The notes beneath the pieces were generated by a model, which did no database searches, was not told the DNA's origin, and saw only the letters and a list, made by a program, of their open reading frames with translations. DNA of 60,948 bases, from IMG/VR virus record IMGVR_UViG_3300048587_001148; one strand, given 5' to 3'. The stretch's first letter is position 1, and every line of letters begins with the position of its first letter. Below, piece after piece: positions 58,320 to 60,948 of the stretch. The position numbers and the translations under genes were made by a program. The DNA is from an uncultured virus (IMG/VR IMGVR_UViG_3300048587_001148) (Duplodnaviria; Heunggongvirae; Uroviricota; Caudoviricetes).

Positions 58320-59798
58320 TCACCCAGCCTTCGGCTTCGCGCGCTTCGCCTTGGTCGCGGACGCTTGGGCCTCGGCAATCTGCACCTGCACCCGGGTCAG
58401 GGTCCGGATGACCGGCGTGTCACGCCCCTGCGACTCCGCGAGCAGTCGACGGATCGCATCCATCATCGCCTGCGGCGCGTCCGGGTTCGGGAACATCTTC
58501 TCGCGGCGGCCGGCGCCGTCCACGTTCATGATGACACGGACGAAGTCCCACATCTCCGCCTGCAGCTGCCCGTCGTCCGTCACGGAATACCGCGCCAGGT
58601 ACTCCATCAGCGGCACCACGTCACGACCATGCTTCGGGTTCTGCAGGTGACCGATCATGCGCGAACGCAACATGTAGATCAGGTCCAGGCGGCTCAGCTC
58701 GATCGTCGGTGCGGTCGTAGGGGAGCGCAGGATCTCGTCGATCGACGGAATCTCGGCTCCAAGCGCCACGTGCTTCGTGAACTCCGAGGCCACGCGGTTG
58801 CCGAGCGTGCCCGCCAGGGTCTTCTGGAAGAGGGCCGCCATGTAGTTGCCGCTGTAGGCGCGGAGCGTCGTCAGGATCCCTGGCCAGCCGCGGGGCGTGT
58901 TCTTGTTGCCGCCCTCCCCATAGAGCATTGTCGGGTCGCTCGACCGCTCGAGGAACCCCACGATCAGCTCGACCTCGGCCGGGAAGGAGGCGGAATATTC
59001 ACGACGAAGGTGCGGGACGTACCCTTCGATCGTCGAGACGAGGAAGAACTCCTGCATGCGCGTGCGCAGGGCGTACTCCAGCTCGTTCGTGGTCGTGTCG
59101 TGGTGGATCGTGTTGCCCGCTCCGAAGAACATGACATCGTCCCGAATCGCCAGGCCACCGGTGGAGCGGTCCGCAAAGATGTTCAGCAGCGGATTCAGCA
59201 CCTTCGGGTTGGCGCGTGTGATTTCGTCGAAGAACAGGAAGAGCGGCTTCGTGGCACACTCGACCTCACGCGCGGTATAGCGCGTTGGGTCGGCCAGGAC
59301 GGCATCTCGCCAGTTCACCGTCGCCATCCGGAAGTGCTCCCAGAGGGCGATGATGGTCTGGGGGATCGCCGCGGCCCGAGCCGACTGCTCAGCCGCCGTC
59401 TCGCCGTCCGCCGGCGTGGTCGCCGCCCGCTGCTGGGCCTTGGCCGCCACCTTTTCCAGTTGCGCCATGGCCGCCTCGGCATCATCGGCGTGTTCCACCA
59501 CGGCCAGGACGCCCTCGAGCGTCATGGGGTCCACGGCGAGAATGTTCGGCTTCAACAGGACCGCGCCGTGTCGGGCGGCCGCCTGTGCGACCCCCTGCGA
59601 CTTGCCGGCGCCAACGCGTCCATACACCATGATGGGCTTGCGCATGTCATTCGTGATCTGCGCCGTCTTCGCGAGCTCGCCGTTGTACAGCGGCATCTGC
59701 AGGCGAATGATCTCTTCCATGTCGTCGTGCGACACCATGGCGTTGTTCGCGCCATGCTCGAGATCGTTGGGGATGTACGACGTGTCCTGCTTGGCCAT
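58320..59798 (-). CDS. MoxR-like AAA+ ATPase
   Basis: GRVGAGKS, LFLFFDEITRA, GAGN, ALRTR, TPRGW; upstream of vWA partner. Confidence 0.88.
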   Translation of the reverse strand: MAKQDTSYIPNDLEHGANNAMVSHDDMEEIIRLQMPLYNGELAKTAQITNDMRKPIMVYGRVGAGKSQGVAQAAARHGAVLLKPNILAVDPMTLEGVLAVVEHADDAEAAMAQLEKVAAKAQQRAATTPADGETAAEQSARAAAIPQTIIALWEHFRMATVNWRDAVLADPTRYTAREVECATKPLFLFFDEITRANPKVLNPLLNIFADRSTGGLAIRDDVMFFGAGNTIHHDTTTNELEYALRTRMQEFFLVSTIEGYVPHLRREYSASFPAEVELIVGFLERSSDPTMLYGEGGNKNTPRGWPGILTTLRAYSGNYMAALFQKTLAGTLGNRVASEFTKHVALGAEIPSIDEILRSPTTAPTIELSRLDLIYMLRSRMIGHLQNPKHGRDVVPLMEYLARYSVTDDGQLQAEMWDFVRVIMNVDGAGRREKMFPNPDAPQAMMDAIRRLLAESQGRDTPVIRTLTRVQVQIAEAQASATKAKRAKPKAG

Positions 59799-59901
59799 GG
59801 GATCCTCGGCGCGGAACGGTGAAGGAGAAGGGGGACCGGTGGGTGGTCGGACGACTTGCGATCACCATACCCGCCGTCCCGGGCATCCCCCAAGCGCTGC
59901 C

Positions 59902-60948
59902 CTAGGCCTGTGGCCGCGCCCCGCCCGTGAGCGCCTGGAGTGCCCATGTGGCCATGCGTGGGCTCGCGTGCCCGAGGCATGACAGTGCAAGCTCAGCACG
60001 AAGTGCTGGGTCGTCTGTGGCGAGCGCCCTGAGTAGGAGCATGTCGCCCAGTTCTGGTGTCTGGACATGCGGGAGCATGGCGAGCGGATCGACCGCCGGA
60101 TGGAAGAGGCAGGCGCCTGCCGCTGGAGGCGAGGCAAGGATCTGTTCGGTCAGCGGGCTATCGAGTGGGTCGTCCAGAACGCAGGTAATGCGGGCCAAGA
60201 GGTATCCCCACCAGGGATCGCTGGGGTCTCCCATCATGGCGACCACCTGCTGTCCATCGCGCGTCGTACAGAGCTTCAGCGCGGCGAGCGTCCCTACGCT
60301 CGACCCCGCATGTGCATTCTCTTCGAGGAGCTCCACGGCCACCACGTGCTCCGCGTCGGCAACGGCACCCTGCGCCAAGGCCTGTGCCCCGATCGCGAGG
60401 AGCTGGCGAACCGTCATATCGCTCACGGGACGCCGACCCTCGAGCGTGTCGATCAACCCGGTCGCCTCTGCTGGTACTGGCGCATTGGGGTCGAGGCGTC
60501 CGGCGGCAATAGCTGCGGCAACCAGCGGGTGGGTGGAATAGCGGCAGAGTACGGCGGCCAGCTCGCTTTTGAACTGTCGCCCCTGCCACTGTGCCAGCAT
60601 GGCGTCCTGTTGGTCTGGTGCACTGCTTGAGAAGATTGCCATCTGGCGTGTCGGGTCCTGAATCCCCTGCAGAAGCCATGCGGGAGCCGCCGGCGGAAGA
60701 CCCCACGCTTCAGCCCATGTAACTAAGACCCGCCGAAGTCCCGGGTCGGTCGCCATGGCAAGCATGTGATCGACCTTTGTAGGGTTGTGGCGCCAGTCTC
60801 CGAGTGAAGCCCCGAGTACCCCCACCGCAATCCCACCGAGGTTTCTCTGGAGCGGGCTGGCGCGAAGGTAGCTCGCGACCTGGGAGGGGTCCCACGAGAG
60901 TGGAGGGAGGACGGCAATCGGCTCGGGGACGGGATGGATACGCGGCAT
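59902..60948 (-). CDS. hypothetical protein with C-terminal LGHxxP motif; start at window edge
   Basis: ends CLGHASPRMATWAL. Confidence 0.7.
   Translation of the reverse strand: MPRIHPVPEPIAVLPPLSWDPSQVASYLRASPLQRNLGGIAVGVLGASLGDWRHNPTKVDHMLAMATDPGLRRVLVTWAEAWGLPPAAPAWLLQGIQDPTRQMAIFSSSAPDQQDAMLAQWQGRQFKSELAAVLCRYSTHPLVAAAIAAGRLDPNAPVPAEATGLIDTLEGRRPVSDMTVRQLLAIGAQALAQGAVADAEHVVAVELLEENAHAGSSVGTLAALKLCTTRDGQQVVAMMGDPSDPWWGYLLARITCVLDDPLDSPLTEQILASPPAAGACLFHPAVDPLAMLPHVQTPELGDMLLLRALATDDPALRAELALSCLGHASPRMATWALQALTGGARPQA

Noticed and set aside
58218..59822. Long antisense ORFs (also 11877-13208, 16256-17461, 32583-33945, 48190-49311, 54528-55904)
   Set aside because: Shadow frames opposite well-supported genes in GC-rich DNA; Arg/Pro-rich or motif-free

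Overview
GC-rich, gene-dense window with no rRNA, ribosomal-protein or virion structural genes. The content fits a large mobile element (jumbo phage or megaplasmid; inference), and lipoprotein, Pal and WbpD-like genes point to a diderm host. The centrepiece is a + strand tRNA array (21673-31143) of 41 canonical tRNA genes covering all 20 amino acids plus 2 aberrant tRNA-like genes; one more CAT tRNA lies at 14430, and none encodes CCA. Both tRNA-Gln genes (CTG and TTG) are split inside the anticodon (35/36) by a near-identical 239-nt Azoarcus-like group I intron, and a free-standing HNH endonuclease follows the second. The array also holds a TnpB-only IS200/IS605 element with definable ends, an M28 peptidase and several structured spacers. 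Outside the array are two RNA ligases, a metallophosphoesterase, nucleotide enzymes, a MoxR-like AAA/vWA pair, envelope enzymes, apparently inactivated homologues (Hhe-like helicase-nuclease, ComM, a nucleotidyltransferase) and at least 7 unknown proteins sharing a C-terminal LGHxxPx[LM]Axx[GA]L motif, many apparently expressed from leaderless TATGGT promoters. All calls come from manual motif recognition; no searches were run.
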